NCBI GenBank assembly: GCA_030867685.1 | Contig: JAQOWU010000003.1 | Span: 620,001 to 684,000, forward strand | Direction of reading: 5' to 3' | Length of the DNA stretch: 64,000 nt | DNA from: Wickerhamiella versatilis | Lineage: Eukaryota | Shown here: positions 17,602 to 29,937 of the stretch, in pieces | Numbering within the stretch: the stretch's first letter is position 1 | How the letters are laid out: each line of letters opens with the position of its first letter | Made by a program: the position numbers and the translations under genes | The notes under the pieces: model-generated | The model's input: the letters and a program-made list of their open reading frames with translations, nothing else | Database searches by the model: none | Told to the model about the DNA's origin: nothing

Positions 17602-18654
17602 ATGTGCGACGGACAAATGGAGAAGTTTTTGCGCGAATTGCCCAAATGTGAGCATCATCTCCATATAGAGGGTACTATTGAACCATCCCTAGTGTATGAT
17701 CTTGCACGGCGTAATAATATCTCACTACCTGATAAATTCCCGAGCACTGTTGAGGCTTGTGAGCATAAGTACGCTAATTTCGAGGATCTCCAAGACTTTT
17801 TAGACCACTATTACATTGGAATGAGTGTTCTCGTTACAGAAAATGACTTCTATGATCTTGCTATGGCCTATTTCGAAAAGATGAAGAAGGATAATTGCTA
17901 TCATTCTGAGATATTTTTCGACCCCCAGGCCCACACTGAACGTGGGATTGATATAGACACTGTTGTAAGGGGGTTCAATCGTGCAAGCGAGGATGCGGAA
18001 AAGAAGTTTGGTAATTCCTCGGTTCTTATAATGTGCCTTCTCAGGCATTTGTCTCCTGAATCAGGACTGGCCACCTTGAACCTGGCAAGTAAATGGTATG
18101 ACCAGGGTATCATTCAAGGTCTGGGTCTTGATTCTTCCGAAAAACCATTTCCACCACATTTCTTTAAAGATTGCTATAACCTGATGCGAGAAAAGCATCC
18201 CAACGCTCACTTAACTGCTCATGCAGGTGAGGAAGGGGGCTACCAGTACGTGAGAGAATCTTTGGAGGTTCTAAAGGTGGAACGAATAGACCATGGTGTT
18301 CAGAGTATGAATGATATGGAACTTCTCAAGTACTTATCAGAGAAAAAAATCATGCTTTCGCTATGCCCATTGTCAAATGTCAAATTGCGTGTCTTTGATA
18401 GTCTTAAAGAACTACCAGTGCGGTTATTCTTAGACATGGGTATAAGATTCTCCTTGAATTCTGACGACCCTGCTTATTTTGGTGGCTACATTCTCGACAA
18501 CTACCTGGCGGTGCAATCAACTTTCAATCTCAACTACGGCGAATGGCGAACAATTGCTCTTAATGCGATAGAAGGCAGTTGGTGCTCTGATGATCGCAAA
18601 AATAAGTTGCGCCAGCAAGTTCAAGATGTTTACCAGAAATATACTAGTACATAG
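17602..18654 (+). CDS. AAH1: Adenine deaminase (upstream in-frame ATG at 17521)
   Basis: LPKCEHHLHIEGT, TAHAGEEG, RIDHG, CPLSNVKL, NSDDPAYFGGY. Confidence 0.96.
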   Translation: MCDGQMEKFLRELPKCEHHLHIEGTIEPSLVYDLARRNNISLPDKFPSTVEACEHKYANFEDLQDFLDHYYIGMSVLVTENDFYDLAMAYFEKMKKDNCYHSEIFFDPQAHTERGIDIDTVVRGFNRASEDAEKKFGNSSVLIMCLLRHLSPESGLATLNLASKWYDQGIIQGLGLDSSEKPFPPHFFKDCYNLMREKHPNAHLTAHAGEEGGYQYVRESLEVLKVERIDHGVQSMNDMELLKYLSEKKIMLSLCPLSNVKLRVFDSLKELPVRLFLDMGIRFSLNSDDPAYFGGYILDNYLAVQSTFNLNYGEWRTIALNAIEGSWCSDDRKNKLRQQVQDVYQKYTST

Positions 18655-18710
18655 ATAGACTTATAGAATTTAGTGACTTCCTCGTGGTACCCGTTTGGTC
18701 TTTGTCATCA

Positions 18711-20240
18711 ATGCCATCAGATGAGAACATGGCCGATGCAGCTGTGAACTCCAGCTTGGCCGACAGACCTGCCGAAAAGGAGGCTTTTAAACCACCTCAG
18801 GATGATAAAGGGGTGGTTAAAGTCGCACAAGAATACCTAGCCCAGCAAATATATCGTGTTATCATTCCCAGCTATTCACGGTGGTTTGATCGCGATTCTA
18901 TCCATGATATAGAGCGAAAATCTCTTCCAGAGTTTTTTTCTGGTAAGACATCCTCGAAGACTCCTGAGGTATACCGTCAATACCGTGACTTTATGATAGA
19001 CGCGTATCGACTAAATCCGACGGAGTATTTGACGGTGACAGCGGTTCGCAGGAACTTGGCAGGGGACGTCGCCGCAATATTGAGGGTACACAAGTTTCTA
19101 GAGCAATGGGGACTAATCAACTATCAGATAGATCCGGAGACAAGGCCGTCAATTCCGGGCCCCCAGTATACCGGCCATTTTCAGATAACTTTGGACACAC
19201 CCCGCGGGCTTGAACCTATGCTTCCAGCACCAGGGTCCTCTGAAACAGAGGATGGTAAGCCTCTGGGTATTGCACCAACCGATGAAAAGAGTGCTGGTCC
19301 TTTGAACCTTGAGCTTCGTAAGAACGTATATGACTCTGGTGCAGATGCCATGGCGTTGGTTGATGAAAATCATCGTAAATTCCAAGCATTGACTTCTCGG
19401 CAATACAACTGCTTTACCTGTGGGGACGATGTCACAAAGGTTCGGTATCATAACCTGCAGTCGAAACAAGCAGTATCAGCAACAGCTTTCAAGAACGGAA
19501 TGTTCCCGTCTAATTTTACCGCGGCGGACTTCGTGAAAATAGAAAATTCACAGGCCGACAAGGCCCAATGGTCTGATCAAGAGATACTATTGCTGCTTGA
19601 GGGAGTTGAGATGTATTCGAATGACTGGGATGGAATTTCTTATCATGTTGGGACGCGATCTCGTGAGGCCTGCGTGGCTAAGTTTTTGCAACTTCCAATT
19701 GAGGATACTTATCTGGTGCGTAATGCGAATGCAAAGAAAAATACAGACGTCGGTGACCAATCGACCAAGCAGCTCCTCGCCAAGGTTGTTTCCTTGTTGG
19801 AGAGTGGTAAGTCCCTATCGTCACAAGCCGATGCGGCCAGTCATGAAGTTGGAAATACGGAGTTTGCCCTTCTCAAAAAGGTTGTAATGTCAGAAATTGC
19901 GAAGTTAAATTTGAAGCTTGAAAAATTTGATCTCCTCGAAAAAACTCTCGATGCGCAACGTCGAGAGGTTGATCAGGCGCGTCTGGATGTCATGCTGGAC
20001 CGTCTTAGTCTTAACAGTCAAACTGACCAGGTAGTGCAGGCACTGCGCCAAGCCGCGCAGTGTGAAGGACAAGAGGCCATTGAAATTGCTGAACATGCAC
20101 GCGTGCTGGCGCGCAAGACGCCCAAGCTTACCACAATTGATGATACATCAGAGGCGGCGAAGGAACATCATATGCCAAACCCGAATATTCGACCATTAAG
20201 TGTAGAGGAACCTTACACATATAAATACTGGTCAGCTTAA
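18711..20240 (+). CDS. RSC8: RSC complex SWIRM-ZZ-SANT subunit
   Basis: SWIRM IIPSYSRWF..WGLINYQID, SANT WSDQEILLLLEG..FLQLPIED, and C-terminal YKYWSA. Confidence 0.94.
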   Translation: MPSDENMADAAVNSSLADRPAEKEAFKPPQDDKGVVKVAQEYLAQQIYRVIIPSYSRWFDRDSIHDIERKSLPEFFSGKTSSKTPEVYRQYRDFMIDAYRLNPTEYLTVTAVRRNLAGDVAAILRVHKFLEQWGLINYQIDPETRPSIPGPQYTGHFQITLDTPRGLEPMLPAPGSSETEDGKPLGIAPTDEKSAGPLNLELRKNVYDSGADAMALVDENHRKFQALTSRQYNCFTCGDDVTKVRYHNLQSKQAVSATAFKNGMFPSNFTAADFVKIENSQADKAQWSDQEILLLLEGVEMYSNDWDGISYHVGTRSREACVAKFLQLPIEDTYLVRNANAKKNTDVGDQSTKQLLAKVVSLLESGKSLSSQADAASHEVGNTEFALLKKVVMSEIAKLNLKLEKFDLLEKTLDAQRREVDQARLDVMLDRLSLNSQTDQVVQALRQAAQCEGQEAIEIAEHARVLARKTPKLTTIDDTSEAAKEHHMPNPNIRPLSVEEPYTYKYWSA

Positions 20241-20427
20241 GGTAATTATCCACGACTAATTTAGGATACGGCATCATATAATGAAGTGAAGTTTTTTGGT
20301 GAAGACCCACCCCAACCCCAACCTCTCACCCTAATCCCCCGTGTCACTGTTAAACCCACCAGTGCAATGACTTATATGTATTTAGTTATGGTGGGGGGTT
20401 CGACCTTCAATTGATCGAGAAACCATC

Positions 20428-20745
20428 ATGTTTGGTCTCAGGAGAAATCATAAAAAGGAGCAAACTAGGCAGATGATGCAAGGGTTGGACTCGGCCCTTG
20501 ATACCTTGGCACAACTAAAAGAGCAGCACTCTGAATGCGAAGCTCAATTGCAAGCCTGGTCGTCCAAATGCAGTGATGGGATAAAGGCGCTCCGGAACCA
20601 TGATATAGTGTTCGACCATTCTCCAGACACGACTGCTGCAAGCGAGATCTCTGATCAGTATTTTTTGAAAGATACATCATCGATCCATACAGTTGATACT
20701 TTTTTTTTCGACCAACATGCGCTTTCTCAGATACGTTATACATGA
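20428..20745 (+). CDS. Hypothetical 105-aa protein with a coiled-coil N-terminal half
   Basis: ATG-initiated ORF filling an intergenic gap, with heptad-like LDSALDTLAQLKEQHSECEAQLQ. Confidence 0.5.
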   Translation: MFGLRRNHKKEQTRQMMQGLDSALDTLAQLKEQHSECEAQLQAWSSKCSDGIKALRNHDIVFDHSPDTTAASEISDQYFLKDTSSIHTVDTFFFDQHALSQIRYT

Positions 20746-20972
20746 GATCCGCTACTTGTGACATGACTTATTTGCCAGTAAGTGAGCTAGTGTACGAATG
20801 TAGGTAGGTAGGTGGGTATTTAGGCAGGAGTCGTTTACTCTGTAGTTGTAATGTATTTCCAGATATAGACAATCGCTTATTTAGTCTCATCTCAGATAGA
20901 ATATCTCAGAATGACCATTGCGTTTAGCGGAATTGGACATGTCCTGGTCAATAAAGCTTCTGTGTCAGCAGC

Positions 20973-22130
20973 ATGTGGACCACTAGCCTGGTTCTGCTTT
21001 CCGGACTAATCGGAGCTTTTGGACACGGGCAGGGCCACGGATCTGAATATGCTCTCAATATTGAGGCGCTCATAGATGAGCTGGACATTCTGAAGCCACG
21101 TCATCTAAGAGACGTCATGAAAATCGCCGAGCGGCATTTTGACGAGCCACCTGCAGAAATTTCTGAGAATTTGACAGTGCTAAGTGCCATATTTAAGTTT
21201 TCGCCTTCAGTGAATGCTATACTAGCAGTATTTCTGCTTTCTGCGCTAATGGCGTTCGCACTTGCGATTTGTCCGCCGCTGGGGGATCGCACGTCTGGGT
21301 TCCTTGTTGCTTTTGCTCTTGGAAGTATGCTCAGTAGCATCTGGTTGCAGTCAGCGGTCGAAATGGTGGAGACCTCCAATCCACGGATGTTTGGGCTAAT
21401 AGTCACCTCTGCTTTTTGTTTTCTTATCGTTATTGACATTGGCTTAAACAACACTGGCGGTAATTCCAGCTCATCACATCAACATCAGCATCATCATAGC
21501 CATAGCTCTGCAACTGACGTGAGTGCCACTGCTGTAAATGATGCCAGTGGATTGCGGCGTCGTAAGTCAAAGTCCAAGGATAAGAAAACGAAATCCTCTT
21601 CGCCCATTGCATCGGATGAAAAACCAAAATCGAACACTCAAATAGAGCTTGCTGCTGTCCTGAACGTAGCAGCAGATGCTCTCCATAATGTGGCAGAAGG
21701 AATGTATGTTGCTCTTGCATTCCAACGCGGCTCGGTTACCGGTTCATTAGCCATTTCTCTTATGGCCCTTCATGAGCTACCCCACCAATTCGGTGACTTT
21801 GCATTGCTTTTGAAGGGTGGAATCGATCGAAGCACTGCCATTAAGGCCCAGCTGATTGCTGTATCCGGTACGTGGATTGGCGTGGCTTTGACCATTTTAC
21901 TCAACCATTTGACCTACAGCAGACAGTGGTCTCTTGCTGTGGATATACTGGGCGGCTCGCTAGAGTTCACAGAGGTTGTCACGCCCCTAACTACTGGTGT
22001 ATTCTTGTATGTAGCAACAGTTGGGGTTCTTCCAGAATTGATGTCCCATGACGGTGGAAGCTCACTGGCGTTAATACAAATTGTTGGTATTGTACTCGGA
22101 GTCTCGTTTACTTACTTTTTGGGGGAGTAA
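20973..22130 (+). CDS. YKE4: ZIP/LIV-1 family ER zinc transporter
   Basis: Signal peptide, His-rich loop, LNVAADALHN, HELPHQFGDFALL, FLYVATVGVLPEL. Confidence 0.88.
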   Translation: MWTTSLVLLSGLIGAFGHGQGHGSEYALNIEALIDELDILKPRHLRDVMKIAERHFDEPPAEISENLTVLSAIFKFSPSVNAILAVFLLSALMAFALAICPPLGDRTSGFLVAFALGSMLSSIWLQSAVEMVETSNPRMFGLIVTSAFCFLIVIDIGLNNTGGNSSSSHQHQHHHSHSSATDVSATAVNDASGLRRRKSKSKDKKTKSSSPIASDEKPKSNTQIELAAVLNVAADALHNVAEGMYVALAFQRGSVTGSLAISLMALHELPHQFGDFALLLKGGIDRSTAIKAQLIAVSGTWIGVALTILLNHLTYSRQWSLAVDILGGSLEFTEVVTPLTTGVFLYVATVGVLPELMSHDGGSSLALIQIVGIVLGVSFTYFLGE

Positions 22131-22632
22131 ATACAGCATTGTTCCCGAAATTCAATTTTTTTAAGTTTCTAGTGTTCCCTTAAAAATAGGTCTACTTTAC
22201 CATTCGATCTAGTAGAAAAAAAGTTCATATTCTTATGTCCGAAATAGAATTTTGCACTACTGAAGTTCCGCTTTCGGTAGTAGGTGCATTACGACATAGG
22301 CAGCAATGCGCCCAGGAATGCAAAAACAGGAAACCATGAACCCCTCACTACTCCAAGTAGTAGCATCCCAAAATAGAATTTTTTGCGATGTCGTTTGCAC
22401 ATCGTGGTACGTCATAGTCCATTGACCGTTAAACTATATCATCCTATGTTGCTCCATAATTATGCTGCTTTGGAATTTTCTTTTTTTTTCAAATGTTGGT
22501 TACGATACCGGTATTCAAGACACGCGAAATCTTATTAACTGTTGTTCTTACCCTTACCTACAGCACACTCAGCAGAATTTCTGACTGTAAGCAACTTCGC
22601 GGGGCCTTCACAGTGTGTGAATCAGTTAGAAA

Positions 22633-23922
22633 ATGCGTCACCGTAGGGAAGTGGCGGCATTAAGCATTGTATACTCATTGATTATTGGTGTAAATGCTCA
22701 GGGTGGGGGTGGAACAACAAATGCTCTTAGTCTTTGCTCGAATGATAATACGGGATCATCGTCCGGAAGTCACTTCGACATATACAATTCCTATGGTAGT
22801 TGTACATCGCATTGCAGTGGGTATTCATTTGCAATTATGCAAGGAAAAAACTGCTGGTGCTCCAATTATGCTCCTGGCTCCAGCGTATCCGTCGGTCAGT
22901 GCTCGGATAGTTGTCCCGGGTATGACAGCGACAAATGCGGTAACGCAGATCAAGGGCTTTTTGGTTACGCACAAATTGCGGAAGCTTCTGGTACTGTGGG
23001 TGCGTCGTCGTCGTCGGTTTCTTCAACGTCCATTCCTACTACGACTACGAGCAGCAGTACTACGAGCAGCAGTACTACGAGCAGCAGTACTACGAGCACC
23101 ACCACAAGCATTTCCTCCTCGACATCGACATTAATGTCTACCTCAACGTTGGTGTCGAGCACTAGCATATCAACAACGTCAAGTTCCTCTACCTCCGCGT
23201 TGTCCTCCAGTAGTTCTTCAGAACCTACGAGTTCGTCTGCAGAGACGACATCGCGGGAGACTAGCAGTTCCGGACCGGCAACAGTATTCATTACGCGAGG
23301 AGGTTCTGATAGCTCGAGCAGCTTTTCGGTTGAGACTGTTTTTCCGTCATCGACGAGCCACTCGCCAGTATCTTCAACCTCATCTTCGTCGGCTGCTAGT
23401 TTTACAGGTTCTTCGGCTAATTACAGCAAACAGCATAAGGGATTCTGGAACAACACTAGTGCTGTGGGTGGTGTGTTCGCTGTTGTTGGAATTGTGGGCG
23501 TAGCATTATTGTGTTTAGTGGCCTTTTTCATATGGCGTTATTGTCGAAACAAGCGTAATTCTAATAATATTATTGGAGCTGATGGTAGCGATCCTAATAA
23601 CGGAGCAGGTGGAGGAAAGCATGCGTATAAAACTTTCGCAGGTGCTGGTGGTGAGTCGGAATCTAATCCCCAGCATACATCAGCTGCAAGTCCCCAAAGC
23701 CTAGGCCATGTTCGAAACAGCTCCAGTGCATTTAGTGACTCGGACATGAAGCTTGTACCTATATTCGACCAACGCGTGGATCCCAATCAGCTGTACATGC
23801 GTTGGGACCAAAATGCATCAGCTACCAGTCTACAGGATAACGAGGATTATTCGCGGAGAGTGCTCAGGGTCGCTAATCCTAATGAAGACAATGAATCACT
23901 TGAGGATGCTGAAAGGAGATAA
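22633..23922 (+). CDS. WSC1: WSC-domain cell-wall integrity sensor (Wsc1/Slg1 family)
   Basis: Signal peptide, Cys-rich WSC domain (CWCSN, CPGY), S/T stalk, one TM segment, and tail SLQDNEDYSRRVLRVANP. Confidence 0.9.
   Translation: MRHRREVAALSIVYSLIIGVNAQGGGGTTNALSLCSNDNTGSSSGSHFDIYNSYGSCTSHCSGYSFAIMQGKNCWCSNYAPGSSVSVGQCSDSCPGYDSDKCGNADQGLFGYAQIAEASGTVGASSSSVSSTSIPTTTTSSSTTSSSTTSSSTTSTTTSISSSTSTLMSTSTLVSSTSISTTSSSSTSALSSSSSSEPTSSSAETTSRETSSSGPATVFITRGGSDSSSSFSVETVFPSSTSHSPVSSTSSSSAASFTGSSANYSKQHKGFWNNTSAVGGVFAVVGIVGVALLCLVAFFIWRYCRNKRNSNNIIGADGSDPNNGAGGGKHAYKTFAGAGGESESNPQHTSAASPQSLGHVRNSSSAFSDSDMKLVPIFDQRVDPNQLYMRWDQNASATSLQDNEDYSRRVLRVANPNEDNESLEDAERR
23044..23098 (+). repeat. 15-bp coding tandem repeat (about 3.7 units) encoding TTSSS
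   Basis: actacgagcagcagt repeated perfectly 3 times plus a partial unit. Confidence 0.92.
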
Positions 23923-24271
23923 TTTATCTCTTTACTGTGAATCCTATTGTAACATATCACTTAATGCTTTATACCCTCTCTAATATTTCATAATGTTTCA
24001 GAATTTAAATTAAGTCTAGCTATTCATGAATATATCCCGTTATAGCCACAAAGACGCTAGAATTCACTCGATTTCAATAATACTATTCAAAAATTACAGT
24101 AAGTAATCTATTTTACACGGCTCAACCAACTGATGCTGGTTGAAAAAGTGAGCGTAGCACGGTAAATATTATGACCTAGTCATGAATACTTCCACAAATG
24201 ACCTCGAAGTCAAGTCGTGTTCAAGTTAGATGGCAACAAGTTATGAATCATAGACAATGGCAAATCGTAAG

Positions 24272-24673
24272 CTAGGGCGCCACCTCTGAATACTCACCAG
24301 CAGCTACTCTATCACGGAACTTCTTTTCAACAACATCACAGACATCAATAAGATCGCTCAAGCCTTTACGGAAAGCCTCTATAGCGGTCGTTTCCCCATA
24401 TGTTTGAACTCGTAGATGCATTTGCGATTCGGAGGGGTGAGGGATTGAGTATCCACAAAATTCCACATCGGGATTTTTCATGATCATAAATCGCAGAGTG
24501 TTTCCCAGTGTGTGGTCTTCATATTTGATTTGAAAACTTGCCGCTGTGCCATCAGAAGAGGCTCCAGGCAGTATGGTGATCTTGTCTAATTTTGCGTTCT
24601 CTAGCGTTGGATCTGCTGTCGCCTTATTGCTATCAGACTGAGTCGCATCGTTCATATTAACATCATCTGCCAT
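24272..24673 (-). CDS. RPC19: RNA polymerase I/III subunit AC19
   Basis: EDHTLGNTLRFMIMKNPDVEFCGYSIPHPSE. Confidence 0.97.
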   Translation of the reverse strand: MADDVNMNDATQSDSNKATADPTLENAKLDKITILPGASSDGTAASFQIKYEDHTLGNTLRFMIMKNPDVEFCGYSIPHPSESQMHLRVQTYGETTAIEAFRKGLSDLIDVCDVVEKKFRDRVAAGEYSEVAP

Positions 24674-24876
24674 CGTGAACGAAAGAAAATTATTATATAA
24701 TCATTCAGAACTGGGTCAGCTGTCACGAATGACCTTGGCACGATCATAGTATTACGAATAGTTAAGAAGATATATGTGCTAGATTGCAAAACAAGTTCAC
24801 AGTGGTTCCCAGCTGATCTCAAAGTAATTCATAGAACTCCTGGTTTCATCGCTGATCTAATCAGAGAGAGGAGCCC

Positions 24877-26562
24877 ATGGATTTTGTCGCGAAGGCTCTG
24901 GGAATAGGACTGCCTTTTTCTCAGGGAACTGAGATTCCATCGACCAACCGGTTTTGGAAGCTGTACACGGGAACAATCAGAAAAACTAATGAGCCTTGTA
25001 CAGTATTCGTGCACCAGGGCACCGATCAGAACGCATCGCTAGCTCAAAACTGCTCAAATGTTCTGCGCAAGCTGAAAATCCCAGGTGTTATAAAATTACT
25101 CGAGACTTGTGTAGTCGGGGATGCGATATACATTGCCACTGAGTCTGTAAGACCTGTAAGTGAGGATATGAACCCTGAATCAGTGAAATGGCTTCTTGCG
25201 ACAATATTCAGGACCCTGCAGAATCTTCACGAATTTGCTAAATGTACACATGGCAATATAACACCATCAAATATTTACCAGAAGCAGGGTACTGGTGAAT
25301 TTGTATTGGGTGGCTTTGAGATTGCCTCGTTCCCTTCACCCAGTGAGCAGTTTTTAAGATATGGTCCCTTAATAGGTGCACCGGAGCCAAAAGGAGGCTG
25401 GTCGCATATTAATGAGCTCATTGATACAGATCAGTTCTTTGCACTCGTTAAACACTTACTTCCCTATCAGCGCTTACCAGCAAGAAGGCCCCTTGAAAAG
25501 CTCCCAGAATTCTTGTCATCCCCAGTCGTGGATATAGCGTCACAGGTAGATTCCATTCTTCTGATGGGGGAAGTAGACTTTGTTGCATTTTTGCGCAAAG
25601 TGTCCGACTGTGTAGACAGCTTGCCAAGTGAATTTATTGCGGGACGGATAATTCCAGAATTGGTTAAAACAGAAGGTAAAGGGGGGATTGCGCTTCCTAG
25701 GACTATCTTAAAACTTACAACACGCCTCTCGCCCGAGCAAGCTGCAGATTGTGCTGCGCCGTACATCGTCAAGCTGTGGAGCTCACTGGATAGAGCTTTG
25801 AGGTTAGAGCTTTTACGAGAATTACCAAACTATGTAGATGTATTGTCTCCCAGCAGCGTCCAGAACAAGATAATGCCTTGTCTATCGACAGGCTTTGGGG
25901 ATTCCGAGGTGCTCGTTCGTCGAGCTAGTTTAGCATCGGTGCCTACTCTCTCTGGAAAACTAACCTCACGGCAGCTCAACGGAGAGCTTTTACGGCTATT
26001 GGCTAAAACACACAATGATCTTGATCCCGAAATTAGGGCCCAGACAGTTGAAATATTGGCTTTACTCGCAATGCAGTTGGCCGCTGATTCACGTAGTCAG
26101 GTAGTTCCATCTGCCTTGGGGAAAAGCCTCAAGGACCCAGCTGAAATCGTTCGTCGTGCAGCGCTCAAAGGTGTCCGAGCGACCTCAGAACTTTTAAGTC
26201 CCAAAGAGGTGGCAGAAAAGCTGGTGGGACCCTCCGCGACCGCAGTCTTGGACTCAAATCCGACCGTAGCCTTTGACGCTTCCAAAGTTCTCGATGCGTT
26301 GGTTCGCAAGGTAAAGTCTGCCCAGAAGCCTCTGCTTGAGAGTCAAGATGTTAGTCCATCCCCGAAGTTGGAGGATGCTCTGCGAGGTGTCTCATTGAAG
26401 GAATCCGAGAAACAAAAAGGTGGAGTGATTGTTGAGGATGCGACCTTCAGTCATCATGATGATGTTGATGAAGGCGGAGATGGCTGGGGTGACTGGAACG
26501 ATGAAATAGACGAAGGTGACAAAAGCACGGAGGGTGAAGAGGAGGATGCATGGGGATGGTAA
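24877..26562 (+). CDS. CEX1: SCYL1-like pseudokinase-HEAT protein
   Basis: Pseudokinase (YIATE, HGNI, LGGFE), HEAT repeats (LNGELLRLLAKTHND..IR), and acidic W-rich tail DAWGW. Confidence 0.85.
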   Translation: MDFVAKALGIGLPFSQGTEIPSTNRFWKLYTGTIRKTNEPCTVFVHQGTDQNASLAQNCSNVLRKLKIPGVIKLLETCVVGDAIYIATESVRPVSEDMNPESVKWLLATIFRTLQNLHEFAKCTHGNITPSNIYQKQGTGEFVLGGFEIASFPSPSEQFLRYGPLIGAPEPKGGWSHINELIDTDQFFALVKHLLPYQRLPARRPLEKLPEFLSSPVVDIASQVDSILLMGEVDFVAFLRKVSDCVDSLPSEFIAGRIIPELVKTEGKGGIALPRTILKLTTRLSPEQAADCAAPYIVKLWSSLDRALRLELLRELPNYVDVLSPSSVQNKIMPCLSTGFGDSEVLVRRASLASVPTLSGKLTSRQLNGELLRLLAKTHNDLDPEIRAQTVEILALLAMQLAADSRSQVVPSALGKSLKDPAEIVRRAALKGVRATSELLSPKEVAEKLVGPSATAVLDSNPTVAFDASKVLDALVRKVKSAQKPLLESQDVSPSPKLEDALRGVSLKESEKQKGGVIVEDATFSHHDDVDEGGDGWGDWNDEIDEGDKSTEGEEEDAWGW

Positions 26563-26739
26563 GTTAAGATGGCTATTTATTAGATATGGAAAGCTTTAAT
26601 CTGCAATCTTTTCTTAAGTTCACAGTATATGCCGTACGCTCTCATAATAAGCTCAATAGATAATCTATAATTAACAGATTTTTTTTCATGAGGACCACCT
26701 TTAGTTACAATTGCTTGTGCCAAAGCGAGGCTGCCCATT

Positions 26740-28455
<1,716 letters not shown>

Positions 28456-28763
28456 TTACATATATAGGGCAAGGGTTTGTGATGAAAACAGTTTTTTTTT
28501 ATGACGATTTTTCCCGTGCTCGATAGTTGTGAGGAAATCTTAGGCTACTTGAAGCGAAATAGATATGCCAGTAAGCTTTTAATATCGAATATAATATGTC
28601 AATCTTTCATTCCAGGGTACTCATGCACTATATAGTTCAATTCAAATTTCTGCTACATACTACTTCAAGTCTCATCTGTGACACGAACCATACTAAAACG
28701 GTGAAACTAATTAAAAAGATAAACAAGCAAACAAGAGACAAACAAACTTAAGAGTGAACACCG

Positions 28764-29162
28764 TCACTGTAATTCGAACAATTCTTCGTCTTCCTCCACC
28801 ATAGGACCCTTTCTCGATCTCTCATGCTTAGATAGAAACCAATTAGACTCATCTTCGGACAAATCCTCATCCACGTCATCGGCTTCGCGTGGGGTGCTGG
28901 CAGGGGTGTCCTCTTCGTCACTGAAGTCGAAACTTTCCTTCACAGGCGTTCCGCATGTAGGACGACGAAACTTTGATGGCTCGAAACGGCTAGGTTTAGG
29001 ACAGTCGAAATGTAGAGGCTTGCTCCAGTTTGATATAAATTCTCTCTGTTCGCTTTTCACGACAAGAATTTGCTTAGGCTGTGCCTGGGTGAGTGGGCCA
29101 TCGCCTGTAATAGGCTGGCAGCCCTTAGATGTAACAACGGGGGTTCTTGAACACAATAACAT
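28764..29162 (-). CDS. Hypothetical disordered acidic protein
   Basis: ATG at 29162, several TP sites, and acidic C-terminus ..EEDEELFELQ. No family recognised. Confidence 0.6.
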   Translation of the reverse strand: MLLCSRTPVVTSKGCQPITGDGPLTQAQPKQILVVKSEQREFISNWSKPLHFDCPKPSRFEPSKFRRPTCGTPVKESFDFSDEEDTPASTPREADDVDEDLSEDESNWFLSKHERSRKGPMVEEDEELFELQ

Positions 29163-29735
29163 AGATCGCTTCTCGAGTAAATGCACGACTTCACTGATGG
29201 TTCGAAATTGCCACTCAATATTGCATTATACCAAAATAATCCTCGGAATGCGATTGAATAAGTCAGTTCACTGACAGAAGTGCTAATAAATATAGCTTGA
29301 TTGCCGGTTAGAAGAAAATGAGGAAAAAAAGAAGGGATTAACTTGGGAGATTATACTGCACGTGTCAACCTCTCTTGTCATTAGGGCGACGATGACTGGG
29401 CATTAGTAATATATGAACAACATTGCTTAGGGCTCGCAATACGACGATGATGTCATCATGTTTAACGTTCGCCTGAACGGCACAATTGTGGTTGAAACAT
29501 GACGTTAATACGCTAAACATGCAATATATTAATTTATACATACATTCTAGGGTTTTGTGTCACATTCTTGGGAATGTAAGGAATGATGCCTTTAGTGAAG
29601 TTTTACTTTGGTGGTACAGCAGTTTGATGACAGAAGACTCTATAACCGAAATAATTTTAATGAGTTTCAAATTGATACACGAACGGAATTATTGAGATTA
29701 CTTTTTTCCATTTCTTATGAATTGAGCCAAAATTA

Positions 29736-29746
29736 AAAATTTTTCA
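29736..29746 (-). promoter_or_regulatory. RRPE-like element
   Basis: AAAATTTTTCA, the reverse complement of TGAAAAATTTT, about 190 bp upstream of the UPF0652 ATG. Confidence 0.4.
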
Positions 29747-29937
29747 ACGGAGTGAACAGTGACCAAGCAAGCGCACTGAGGGTACCGTGCCTCTTTGGTA
29801 AATAACTATAATGGAATAGTATATGAAAATTCTTTGGGCTTTTCTATCTTATGGAGGTGCTAGACTAAGATAAGGCGCTTGACAAGTTCATGGTCTTCTC
29901 GTGAGGTCACTTGAGGATTACTGATACGTATGGGGAT

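Noticed and set aside
22694-23291. RAAVL-repeat and poly-V/L ORFs within WSC1
   Set aside because: These are shadows of the Ser/Thr repeat stalk.
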